A DNA stretch of 64,000 nucleotides from an uncultured SAR86 cluster bacterium (GTDB lineage Bacteria; Pseudomonadota; Gammaproteobacteria; Magnimaribacterales; AG-339-G14): contig CABZTA010000002.1 of assembly GCA_902528485.1 (NCBI GenBank), positions 559 to 64,558 of the forward strand, written 5' to 3'. Numbering within the stretch: the first letter of the stretch is position 1; every line of letters begins with the position of its first letter. The translations under genes and the position numbers were made by a program. This document shows, in pieces, positions 53,689 through 62,275 of this stretch. Under the pieces are notes generated by a model. The model ran no database searches. It saw only the letters and a list, made by a program, of their open reading frames with translations, and was not told the origin of the DNA.

Positions 53689-54596
53689 AAAATCTTTAAT
53701 TTTGAGTATTTTAAATATAAGTTTCTATTTAAATAATAAAGTAAAAGAGTGATTACAAAGCTCACTATCACAGAAATAATTGTTCCTAGCATGAGTATCA
53801 ACCTTCTAGATGGCTCTGATGCTCTTTCAGGAAAATAGGGGCTGTCAATTACTGTAAAAGCAAATTCATCTGTTTTGGAAGCCATTGAGAGCACTTGTAG
53901 GTCATTTGTCATTCCGGCAGCATAAACTGACTTTAAACTTTGAATATTTGGACTGTTTTGGAGCTTAGTTCTATAAAACTCAAGTGATTTTTCAGCTTCA
54001 GAAATCTCTTTATCCTTTTGATACGAATTAATTTGATCAATAACTGTTTGATTCCAACTTTGAGCAACATAAGGAGACATATGTTTAGTAAGTATTTCTG
54101 TGAAGCCGGTTTTTGAATTATTCGAAACTATCACGTTACCCAAATATGCTTCATAGGACTTTTCAAACGATGGCCTGGATTCAGGATCAAAATCAAAGAA
54201 ATTAAGTTTATTACTTCCCAAATCATATGACTTAGAGTACATCAACTGTTTTAGAAAAATGTCATCATTATATAAAATCCTAAAAAAATCCCTAGAAGTA
54301 AGGTATTTAATAACCACTTCAGTCTTGTTACTTGAACTTGGCGCATTACCAAGTAACTGTATTATGCTCGAGCTGCTATTACCTCTATTTTGCGTAGCTG
54401 ATGAAAAAGAGCTTACTTCTGCGGCGGTCAAGAGAGAGCTCGAATAATAAACTTTTGTTGCTGATATAGCTGCATACAAAGAATATAAGAAGCCTAAAAA
54501 AGTAATAAGTAGAATTAATTTCCAGGCTTCCTTTAAGACGGCAAAAATATCAATTATTTTTACCTCAAAATATTCTTTATCTTCCATTTTGAACAA
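53685..54596 (-). CDS. wzz: Polysaccharide chain-length determinant (Wzz/PCP-1-like)
   Basis: 303 aa. It has an N-terminal TM after IDIFAVLKEAWKLILLITFLGFLYSLYA, a central coiled periplasmic region and a C-terminal TM (LILMLGTIISVIVSFVITLLLY). Confidence 0.7.
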   Translation of the reverse strand: MFKMEDKEYFEVKIIDIFAVLKEAWKLILLITFLGFLYSLYAAISATKVYYSSSLLTAAEVSSFSSATQNRGNSSSSIIQLLGNAPSSSNKTEVVIKYLTSRDFFRILYNDDIFLKQLMYSKSYDLGSNKLNFFDFDPESRPSFEKSYEAYLGNVIVSNNSKTGFTEILTKHMSPYVAQSWNQTVIDQINSYQKDKEISEAEKSLEFYRTKLQNSPNIQSLKSVYAAGMTNDLQVLSMASKTDEFAFTVIDSPYFPERASEPSRRLILMLGTIISVIVSFVITLLLYYLNRNLYLKYSKLKIF

Positions 54597-54747
54597 GCTA
54601 ATTTCTGCATTTTAACAGATATATTAATTGCTACTTATATATAATGACCGAATGATTAAGGCTACCTACAGAAAGTTAGATGACTACATTTAGGCCTGAT
54701 AAAGTTCTTTGTGACAACAGTATTGTGGTTATCAGAAAAAAACCGAT

Positions 54748-55629
54748 TTGAAAAACTTACTTAAAAAAATTCTACCTCCATTTTTCTTTGATTTTTACTA
54801 TTCTTCAAAATCATTTATTTACTATTACAAATACAAAAAATATTTCTCAAAAAATTTACGTTTCAAAGAATCTATGGACGATCAAAGATGTTTTATAGTT
54901 GGATCTGGAAATTCAATTGGAGATATTGATTTAAAATTACTTAAAAATGAAAATATAATTTTTTTAAATTCTTTTTTACACCATGACCAATATTCAGATT
55001 TAATTAAATCAAACAAAGGAAAAAAATTTCATGTATTCACTCCATTGCATGAATTTAAAAATAAAAAGATTCTTGAAAATTACATTGACGAATTTAAAAA
55101 TCCTATCTTAAAACACGTTACTTGCTTTTTTGGAATAGATGACTTTTCTACAAACTATATAGAAGAATTTAAGAAAAAGAATTTGGAAATTCATGACAGT
55201 TCATTCTATGTTTATTGCACTAAAAAATATGACGATATTGGGTCTATATCTCCAGATGACTTTGAGCTGTCTAAGAATATATGGTCTCCTAAAACAAGTT
55301 CAAACCTTGCTTTACAAATAGCCATTTATATGAACTTTAATGAAATTTATCTCATAGGCATTGATCACGATTATATGAATACAAAGCATTCAGAAAATAT
55401 AAAAATTATAAAAAAGGGCACTTTGGTTGAGGATGAACAAGATCAATGGAATGATTTGTTGGATGATGGAAGAATTAATCAAACCTCTTTCCTGAAGGAT
55501 TTAATTCCTGTAATCAAGCCCATGGAAATCATTGAAAAGAAGTTTCCTGGAAGAGTTAAAAATCTCTCCAAAAGGTCTTTCTTTTACTGTCACGATCAAG
55601 TAGATATCAGTGATCTAGAATTTGAATGA
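54748..55629 (+). CDS. Sialyltransferase-like (Cst-II/GT42 or DUF115-like) putative ulosonic-acid transferase
   Basis: CFIVGSGNSIGDIDLKLLKNENIIFLNSF and TSSNLALQIAIYMNFNEIYLIGIDHDY parallel Cst-II VIIAGNGPSLKEIDYSRLP..DVFRCNQF and ITSGVYMCAVAIALGYKEIYLSGIDFY. The start is either TTG 54748 or ATG 54874. Confidence 0.4.
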   Translation: MKNLLKKILPPFFFDFYYSSKSFIYYYKYKKYFSKNLRFKESMDDQRCFIVGSGNSIGDIDLKLLKNENIIFLNSFLHHDQYSDLIKSNKGKKFHVFTPLHEFKNKKILENYIDEFKNPILKHVTCFFGIDDFSTNYIEEFKKKNLEIHDSSFYVYCTKKYDDIGSISPDDFELSKNIWSPKTSSNLALQIAIYMNFNEIYLIGIDHDYMNTKHSENIKIIKKGTLVEDEQDQWNDLLDDGRINQTSFLKDLIPVIKPMEIIEKKFPGRVKNLSKRSFFYCHDQVDISDLEFE

Positions 55630-56630
55630 AAATATTGATTCCTGGAGGACTGGGTTACATAGGATCACACATGGTGGAATTCTTAAGAGATAGAAACCAC
55701 GAAGTAGTCATATTGGATAATTTATCCACTGGAAACGAATGGGCTTCTTTAGGGTGCGAGGTGATTTTAGTTGATTTGCTTGATAGAGATGAACTCAAAA
55801 AAAAATTATGCAAAAGGAAATTTGATGGAGTCATTCATTTTGCTGCTAAATCTATAGTCTCAGAGTCAGTTTTAAATCCAGATCTTTATTATGAAAATAA
55901 TTTTGTAGGCACAAAAAATTTAATTGACGTTATGGAAATAAATGAAATCCAGAACATTATTTTTTCATCTAGCGCAGCTGTATACGGAAATCCTATTAGT
56001 AATAAAATTGATGAAAATCATCCGACAGTTCCTATAAACCCCTATGGTAAAACCAAATTAATGGTAGAAAAATATCTGGAAGAAAAAACTTTAGAGGGAA
56101 AAATTAATGCGACTTGCTTAAGATATTTTAATGCTGCAGGAGCTTCATACTCAAAAAAAATAGGGGAATGTCGTGAACCTGAAACTCACTTAATTCCCAA
56201 TATCATTCGTTCAGGCATCAATAAAGATTTAAATTTTGATATATTCGGCGATAATTATGATACGCCAGATGGGACTTGCATTAGAGATTACATTCATGTG
56301 TTTGATTTAGCCAAAGCACATTATTTAGCCTTAAAGGAAATGAATCAAAAATCTAATTTTCAAATCTATAACCTGGGAAGTGGTGCAGGATTTTCAATTA
56401 TGGAAATAAAAAATACTTGCGAGCAAGTTTTAAATATAAATATACCTTATAAAATAAGACCAAGAAGAGAAGGAGATCCGGCAATTCTAGTATCCGACAT
56501 TAACAAAGCTTCAAAAGTATTAGGTTGGAAACCAGATAATTCGGAAATTAAAAATATAATTGAAACAGCTTATAACTTTGAAAAGGTTAAAGACTCTATA
56601 ATTGAAGCTAGTAATGGGACAGATAAATAA
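55626..56630 (+). CDS. galE: UDP-glucose 4-epimerase
   Basis: 334 aa. ILIPGGLGYIGSH, SSSAAVYG, YGKTKLMVE, and LRYFNAAGA...CIRDYIHV typical of GalE. Confidence 0.85.
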   Translation: MKILIPGGLGYIGSHMVEFLRDRNHEVVILDNLSTGNEWASLGCEVILVDLLDRDELKKKLCKRKFDGVIHFAAKSIVSESVLNPDLYYENNFVGTKNLIDVMEINEIQNIIFSSSAAVYGNPISNKIDENHPTVPINPYGKTKLMVEKYLEEKTLEGKINATCLRYFNAAGASYSKKIGECREPETHLIPNIIRSGINKDLNFDIFGDNYDTPDGTCIRDYIHVFDLAKAHYLALKEMNQKSNFQIYNLGSGAGFSIMEIKNTCEQVLNINIPYKIRPRREGDPAILVSDINKASKVLGWKPDNSEIKNIIETAYNFEKVKDSIIEASNGTDK

Positions 56631-57531
56631 ACCCAAAGTTTCTATCTTAATGACAACATATAACAGTCATAAAGATTTATTGAGGTCTGTAAGCAGCGTT
56701 CTTTGGCAAAATTATGCTAATTTTGAATTGCTCATTCTAAATGATGCCTCTACTGATGAGACCAAAGAAGTATTAGAGAATTTTACTGATGAAAGAATTA
56801 AAAAATTTAACTTTAAGAAAAATAGAGGCCAACTTTGGAGAATGAATTCAGGAAAAAGGCTCGCTTCAGGAGACTATATTGCCTTTCTGGATACTGGTGA
56901 TATTTGGTTTCCAGAATTCCTAACAAATATGATTGAAGCAACATCTGATGGAACTAAATATGCATATTGTTGGTGCTCAGGTCAGATAAGGAAGCCTTTA
57001 TTGAGCATAGATAATAATTATGCTGATTTTCTTTATCAGGGAATACTTGCTGACACGATTACATTATTTTGCGACCTAGAACTTGCTAAAAATACTAAAT
57101 TTACTGCAGACGGAAGATATTTTCATGATGATATGTTTACTTTAAGTATTGCAAAAAAAGAAAAAATAAAACTTGTTCCAAAAGATTTATGTATCAAGTT
57201 AGAAACTTCTTATGACGATGGAGTTCCCCATTCAGCAAATTTTAAGCTAACCGCTAAATGTGCAATAGATTATTACGATGAAATAAAAAATGATGTTTAT
57301 GAAAAATGCGGGTTTTTAGGGCTATCTAGGCACAACTACCTTCTCTGTTTAAAGCTATTACAAGGATTTGAAATTATCTTATTTTTTAAGCATATTTTTT
57401 TGGCTTCTTTTTTTTATTTTTTGAAATTTAAAACAAGAAAAATTTACAACAGGAAAATTAACGTTTTTTCAATTTTTAAGTCATTAGCTAAAAATTTTTT
57501 TATTGGGATCAACTATAAAGTTTCGAATTAA
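56614..57531 (+). CDS. Family 2 glycosyltransferase
   Basis: VSILMTTYNSHKDLLRSVSSVLWQNYANFELLILNDASTDET and the DxD-like FLDTGD. C-terminal hydrophobic helix. Confidence 0.85.
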   Translation: MGQINKPKVSILMTTYNSHKDLLRSVSSVLWQNYANFELLILNDASTDETKEVLENFTDERIKKFNFKKNRGQLWRMNSGKRLASGDYIAFLDTGDIWFPEFLTNMIEATSDGTKYAYCWCSGQIRKPLLSIDNNYADFLYQGILADTITLFCDLELAKNTKFTADGRYFHDDMFTLSIAKKEKIKLVPKDLCIKLETSYDDGVPHSANFKLTAKCAIDYYDEIKNDVYEKCGFLGLSRHNYLLCLKLLQGFEIILFFKHIFLASFFYFLKFKTRKIYNRKINVFSIFKSLAKNFFIGINYKVSN

Positions 57532-57532
57532 T

Positions 57533-58354
57533 ATGAGATTTCTTAATATTGCCTGCGGGAATACACTAATTGATAACGAGCTTTGGACTAATATAGATTT
57601 TACTTCAACAAATAAGTCAGTTAAGAGAATGAATGTTCTCTCAAAGCTGCCATTTAATAATGGTTCTTTTGATGTTATTTATACTTCTCACTTCGTTGAA
57701 CATATTCCAAAGGAAGATCTATCTGGTTTTTATAAAGAATGTTTCAGACTTTTAAAGCCAGGCGGAATGATAAGAATTGTCATGCCAGATTTTGAATTCT
57801 TAATGAAAGAATACTTTTTCCACGTTGAAAATAGAGATATTGATAAATTAGAGTTTGTTTCGCTTTTAATTTTTGATCAATGCGTAAGAAATAATAGGGG
57901 AGGGTCATTGCAGAAATATTTATATGATTTAGGCCTTTCTGATGACGATTCTATGAAAGAATACGTCTTCGAACTAATTGGAGATGATTCTGGCTTTATG
58001 TCACAGAGTTCATTAGAAAAAAATTTTTACAAAAGAAGTTTTCGTAAAATTATCCATAATCCATCTTTAATCATAGATGCACTCACTCTTTTCAGAAATT
58101 ATGCTGTCTCTTTTTTATTCTCTAAAGGTTTTAGGAAGCAAAATATTTCTTACGCATCCCTTGGAGAAAAACATATGTGGCTCTATGACAATTTTTTAAT
58201 GAGTGAAATTTTAAAAAAAGAAAATTATAGAAATATTTCAAAAGAAAAATTTAATACAACATCATGGAAAGAAAATATTTTTATAAATTTAGATGTGAAA
58301 AATTCAATCCCCAGAAAAGGTACACATCAAATATTTATTGAAGCCTATAAATAA
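57533..58354 (+). CDS. Class I SAM-dependent methyltransferase
   Basis: Start at ATG 57533 (MRFLNIACGN). FDVIYTSHFVEHI and LKPGGMIRIVMP motifs. Confidence 0.7.
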   Translation: MRFLNIACGNTLIDNELWTNIDFTSTNKSVKRMNVLSKLPFNNGSFDVIYTSHFVEHIPKEDLSGFYKECFRLLKPGGMIRIVMPDFEFLMKEYFFHVENRDIDKLEFVSLLIFDQCVRNNRGGSLQKYLYDLGLSDDDSMKEYVFELIGDDSGFMSQSSLEKNFYKRSFRKIIHNPSLIIDALTLFRNYAVSFLFSKGFRKQNISYASLGEKHMWLYDNFLMSEILKKENYRNISKEKFNTTSWKENIFINLDVKNSIPRKGTHQIFIEAYK

Positions 58355-59473
58355 ATGAGTATCTATTCAAATATTAAAGATCTTGCACGAGAAATTTATG
58401 TGAATTACTCGCTTCCAATGAAGGTAAGTGAAACAGGAAATAAAAAGGTACTTATTTCCTATATTAAATCTCCATTTTATTCGTCAACAAAAAAAATATT
58501 TCATAGTAACTATCTTGAATCAAAAATAATAAGTGAAAGTTTTACTGACTTGGGCTTTAGTGTGGAAGTCGTAGACTATAGATGTAAAAGGAAAATAAAT
58601 TTTGAAGAATACGATTTAATCTTTGGTTTTGGATATCCATTTCATGACTCTTTAGATATAAAGAAATTAAAAAAAATTTGTTATCTAACAGGATCCAATC
58701 CAAATTTTTCAAACTTACGTGAGGCAGAAAGAATAAGAGACTTTAAAAATGAGTTTGGCATAACTTTAGTTCCAAGAAGAGAGGCATATTGGCCATGGAT
58801 GCACGCAGCTATAAACAGTGACTTTTTGATAACTACTGGTAATTATTTTACTAAATCAACATATTTGAATCTTAGATCTGATGTACTGACTATTCCTGTT
58901 CCATTTGTTCCATCAGAAAATCATCCTACAAAAAACTTTCCTAAGGGAATTCTTTGGTTTGGAGGCGCTGGGGCCTTATTTAAAGGCCTTGATCTGACTA
59001 TAAGAGCTTTTAAGAATTTAAAATCAAATTTCACTTTAGATATTTGTGGCCCTATTGAATCTGAAACTGACTTTATGGGACACTTTGAAAATGAAATTTT
59101 TAAGGATTCAAGAATAAATTTTCATGGAATGTTAGATATATCGTCTAAAAAAATGCAATCAATTATAAATAGGAACTCCTTTGTTATTCTTCCCTCTTGT
59201 TCTGAAGGAGGAGCTTCTTCTGTTTTAACTTGCATGAATCTAGGTTTAATTCCAATAGTTAGTGAGGAATGCAGTATCGATTTGGATAACTTTGGCATTC
59301 CAATAAAAAAATTAACCGTTCAGGATGTTGAAAATTCCATAAACGAAGCTTTTAAACTTGAAGAAAATGACATTCTTTATCAAAGAAGTGAAATTGAAAA
59401 ATTTCTTCATCGACAACATACATTTAACTCTGTGAAAGAAAAATTAAAAAATATTCTTCAAGAAATTATTTAG
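58355..59473 (+). CDS. GT-B glycosyltransferase (family 4-like)
   Basis: 372 aa. ILWFGGAGALFKGLD ... FVILPSCSEGGASSVLTCMNLGLIPIV (EX7E-like region). Confidence 0.75.
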   Translation: MSIYSNIKDLAREIYVNYSLPMKVSETGNKKVLISYIKSPFYSSTKKIFHSNYLESKIISESFTDLGFSVEVVDYRCKRKINFEEYDLIFGFGYPFHDSLDIKKLKKICYLTGSNPNFSNLREAERIRDFKNEFGITLVPRREAYWPWMHAAINSDFLITTGNYFTKSTYLNLRSDVLTIPVPFVPSENHPTKNFPKGILWFGGAGALFKGLDLTIRAFKNLKSNFTLDICGPIESETDFMGHFENEIFKDSRINFHGMLDISSKKMQSIINRNSFVILPSCSEGGASSVLTCMNLGLIPIVSEECSIDLDNFGIPIKKLTVQDVENSINEAFKLEENDILYQRSEIEKFLHRQHTFNSVKEKLKNILQEII

Positions 59474-59536
59474 GCAAATACTATTAAATCATCGTAAAAC
59501 CCTTATAATTCCAAAAAATTTTTTAATTCTAATTTT

Positions 59537-60757
59537 GTGATCATAAAGCAATGCAGGCTTTGCAAGTCGGATAGCCTTAAAAAAGTGATTGATCTTGGAG
59601 ATCATCCTCCTGCTGATACTTTTATTCCTCAAAAATACAAAGATATAGATTTACCGAGGTACCCATTATCATTAACGAAATGCTCTGCTTGCGGTCATGT
59701 CTTCACAAGTTTTTATGTATCCCCAGAAGAACGTTACCAGAGATATGAATATAGTTATGATTCTTCAAATTCAATTGTTTCAGAAAATCATTTTAAAGAT
59801 TTTGCAGAGGATGTATTAGATACCAAAGACTTTTCGCCTGATTCTTTATTTGTCGATATAGGAAGTAATGTTGGAACATTATTAACTAAATTCAAAGACA
59901 AAGGATTAAACAACGTTTTAGGGATCGAGCCATCCGAAAATATTTCGAAGTTAGCAAATTCAAATGGAATTAGAACTCTAAATTATTTTTTTGATAAAAC
60001 ACTTCAAAATAATCTAGATTTTAATAATAAAGCAGACTGTATTTTGAGTGCCAACGTTTTTAATCATACAGATGATTTAGGCGAAGTATTTGAATTAGTA
60101 CTTGATTTATTGAGCGATGAAGGAATTTTGGTTTTCGAAGTACCCTATTTACTTGATTTAATTAAACAAAGGGCATTTGATACCATCTACCATGAACATG
60201 TTCATTATTTCAGTGTTAAAGCACTGAAAGAAATTTTAAATTCTTATGATTTTGAGATAGTTAAACTAAAAAACATTGATTATATGTGTGGGTCACTGAG
60301 AGTTTTTTGTCAAAAAAAATCCTCTTCTATTTATGAAGCATTAGAAGTGGAAACATTCATAGAAAATGAAAACTCTTTCTCTCTTTTCGATGATGAAACA
60401 TATTTATCTTTTATGAAGGACATAAAAAATATGAAAATAAAATTGAATTCAGATATTGACTCAATATTGAAAAAAGGAGGCAAGATTATCGGAGTTGGAG
60501 CTGCCACTAAGGGAAATACCTTGTTGAATTTTTGTGATTTAGATCATAATAAGATCAGTTACTTGACAGATACTTCTAAATTAAAGGTTGGTAAGTATTC
60601 TCCAGGTTCCTTGATACCAATAAAACACGACGATGAAATTGATAATTCTGTTACTCATCTTCTAATCTTGCCTTGGAATTTATCTGATTACCTTGTCAAT
60701 AAACTTTCATTCATGAAGAAGAAATTTTTAATACCGCAAATGGAAAATTTAAAATGA
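59537..60757 (+). CDS. NDP-hexose C-methyltransferase (TylCIII-like)
   Basis: 406 aa. N-terminal zinc ribbon (CRLCKS...CSACGHV), a SAM domain (FVDIGSNVGTLL) and a C-terminal C-methyltransferase domain (IGVGAATKGNTLLNF). GTG start. Confidence 0.75.
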   Translation: MIIKQCRLCKSDSLKKVIDLGDHPPADTFIPQKYKDIDLPRYPLSLTKCSACGHVFTSFYVSPEERYQRYEYSYDSSNSIVSENHFKDFAEDVLDTKDFSPDSLFVDIGSNVGTLLTKFKDKGLNNVLGIEPSENISKLANSNGIRTLNYFFDKTLQNNLDFNNKADCILSANVFNHTDDLGEVFELVLDLLSDEGILVFEVPYLLDLIKQRAFDTIYHEHVHYFSVKALKEILNSYDFEIVKLKNIDYMCGSLRVFCQKKSSSIYEALEVETFIENENSFSLFDDETYLSFMKDIKNMKIKLNSDIDSILKKGGKIIGVGAATKGNTLLNFCDLDHNKISYLTDTSKLKVGKYSPGSLIPIKHDDEIDNSVTHLLILPWNLSDYLVNKLSFMKKKFLIPQMENLK

Positions 60758-61128
60758 AAAAAAAACTAGCTCCACAGTTCTCTGATGATAGAGGAGAGAT
60801 TTTAGATATATTAACTGATGAAAATATCGATGCAGTTACACTGATAACTTTTACAAAAGGTGCAACTAGAGCAAATCACTATCACAAAGAAACAATCCAA
60901 TGGAATTATGTTACAAATGGCAAACTAATTTATGCTTCTCAAGAAATTGGCGGAGTAAAAAAGGAAATAACTCTGTCCAAGGGAGACTTTGTAACTAGTA
61001 ATCCTAACGAAATTCACGCTTTTAAAGCAATAGAAAATTCTGAGTTATTGGTTCTAACTAAAGGACCAAGAGCCGGTAAAGATTACGAAGAAGATACTTT
61101 TCGTTTAGAGGAACCTATTCTTAAATAG
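60754..61128 (+). CDS. Cupin NDP-4-keto-6-deoxyhexose 3,4-ketoisomerase (FdtA/QdtA/Tyl1a-like)
   Basis: 124 aa. FSDDRGEILDIL ... RANHYHKET ... IHAFKA pattern of WxcM-C/FdtA cupins. Confidence 0.65.
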   Translation: MKKKLAPQFSDDRGEILDILTDENIDAVTLITFTKGATRANHYHKETIQWNYVTNGKLIYASQEIGGVKKEITLSKGDFVTSNPNEIHAFKAIENSELLVLTKGPRAGKDYEEDTFRLEEPILK

Positions 61129-61133
61129 ATCTA

Positions 61134-62267
61134 ATGAAAATTCCAGTTTCAAAGCCTCTGATATCAAATAAAGCTACTAAGTATGTAAATGAAGCTCTGT
61201 CGGAAAAATCTTTATCAGGTCTCTTCGGTAAATTCATTCCTAAATTTGAAGAAGAATTTGCCGATTACTGTGGAACAAAACATTCTATTACCTGTAGCAG
61301 CGGAACTGCAGCTCTTCATTTACCATTGGCTGCCTCTGGACTGAAAAAGGGAGATGAAGTTCTAGTTTCAACATTGACCAATATGGCAACTTTTTTTGCA
61401 GTTATATACACCGGTGCAAAACCGGTCCCCGTAGATATAGATACGGATACTTTGAATATAAGTTTCGAAGATTTAAAAAGAAAGGTAACAAAAAGAACTA
61501 AGGCAATATTGCTTGTTCATCTTTTTGGTCATCCTGCAGATCTTAATCCAATACTTGAATTTGCTAGATCAAATAATCTTGATGTTATTGAAGATTGTGC
61601 AGAAGCTCACGGAGCTGAATATCATGGAAAAAAAGTAGGAGGTTTTGGAAAAGCCGGATGTTTTAGCTTATTCGCAAATAAAATTATTACTGCTGGTGAA
61701 GGTGGAGTTATTACAACCAATGATGACGATCTAAATTTGACAATAAGGAACTTAAAATCTTTAGCATTCGGCGAAAAAGATAAATTTCAGCATAAAGATA
61801 TTGGCTACAACTATAGATTTTCAAATATTCAAGCTGCAGTAGCATGCGAGCAACTGGAAAATATTTCTCATTTGGTTAAAAAAAGAATAGAGATTGCTGA
61901 GTTTTATAACAAAGAATTTGAGAGCTTATCTGACTTTATTAGTCTCCCCATCCAAAGACCTCACTCAAAAAATGTTTACTGGATGTACCACATGGTTTTA
62001 AAGCCAAACGAAAAATTATTCAACAAAAGAAATGAAATTTGTAAAGAACTTTCAAAAAAGGGAATCGAAACAAGACAAGGCTTTGTTCCATTTAATCTCC
62101 AAAGAATATTCATAGATAAAAAAATGACCAAACCAAATGACTGTCCTAATGCTAATGCAATTTCTGGCTCCTCTTTTTATATACCTACAGGCCCCGATAT
62201 TTCTGAGAAGGAATTGAAATATGTTGCGTCAAATTTTTTAGAAATTATTGATAAATTGATAAATTAA
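61134..62267 (+). CDS. DegT/DnrJ/EryC1/StrS-family NDP-ketohexose aminotransferase
   Basis: 377 aa. SSGTAALHL, IEDCAEAHGA, and the lysine context FSLFANKIITAGEGGVITT. Confidence 0.88.
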   Translation: MKIPVSKPLISNKATKYVNEALSEKSLSGLFGKFIPKFEEEFADYCGTKHSITCSSGTAALHLPLAASGLKKGDEVLVSTLTNMATFFAVIYTGAKPVPVDIDTDTLNISFEDLKRKVTKRTKAILLVHLFGHPADLNPILEFARSNNLDVIEDCAEAHGAEYHGKKVGGFGKAGCFSLFANKIITAGEGGVITTNDDDLNLTIRNLKSLAFGEKDKFQHKDIGYNYRFSNIQAAVACEQLENISHLVKKRIEIAEFYNKEFESLSDFISLPIQRPHSKNVYWMYHMVLKPNEKLFNKRNEICKELSKKGIETRQGFVPFNLQRIFIDKKMTKPNDCPNANAISGSSFYIPTGPDISEKELKYVASNFLEIIDKLIN

Positions 62268-62275
62268 ATTATCAA

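Noticed and set aside
54696-54735. Inverted repeat CTGATAA (54696-54702) / TTATCAG (54729-54735), followed by an A7 run, in the divergent spacer upstream of the sialyltransferase-like gene.
   Set aside because: It is only 7 bp with a 26-nt loop and is AT-rich. The orientation of the A/T run does not fit an intrinsic terminator for either flanking gene. It could be an operator, but the evidence is too weak.
25059-57532. Upstream extensions of track ORFs at 25059-25106, 26614-26676, 47576-47587, 56602-56613 and 57503-57532, and the TTG/ATG alternatives at 4766 and 5832.
   Set aside because: The extensions overlap the preceding gene and add non-conserved residues. Internal ATGs give N-termini that match the family (for example MSKEKLNVLVTGSSRGIG and MVEDLKFLEKKL) and produce the short overlaps typical of this locus.
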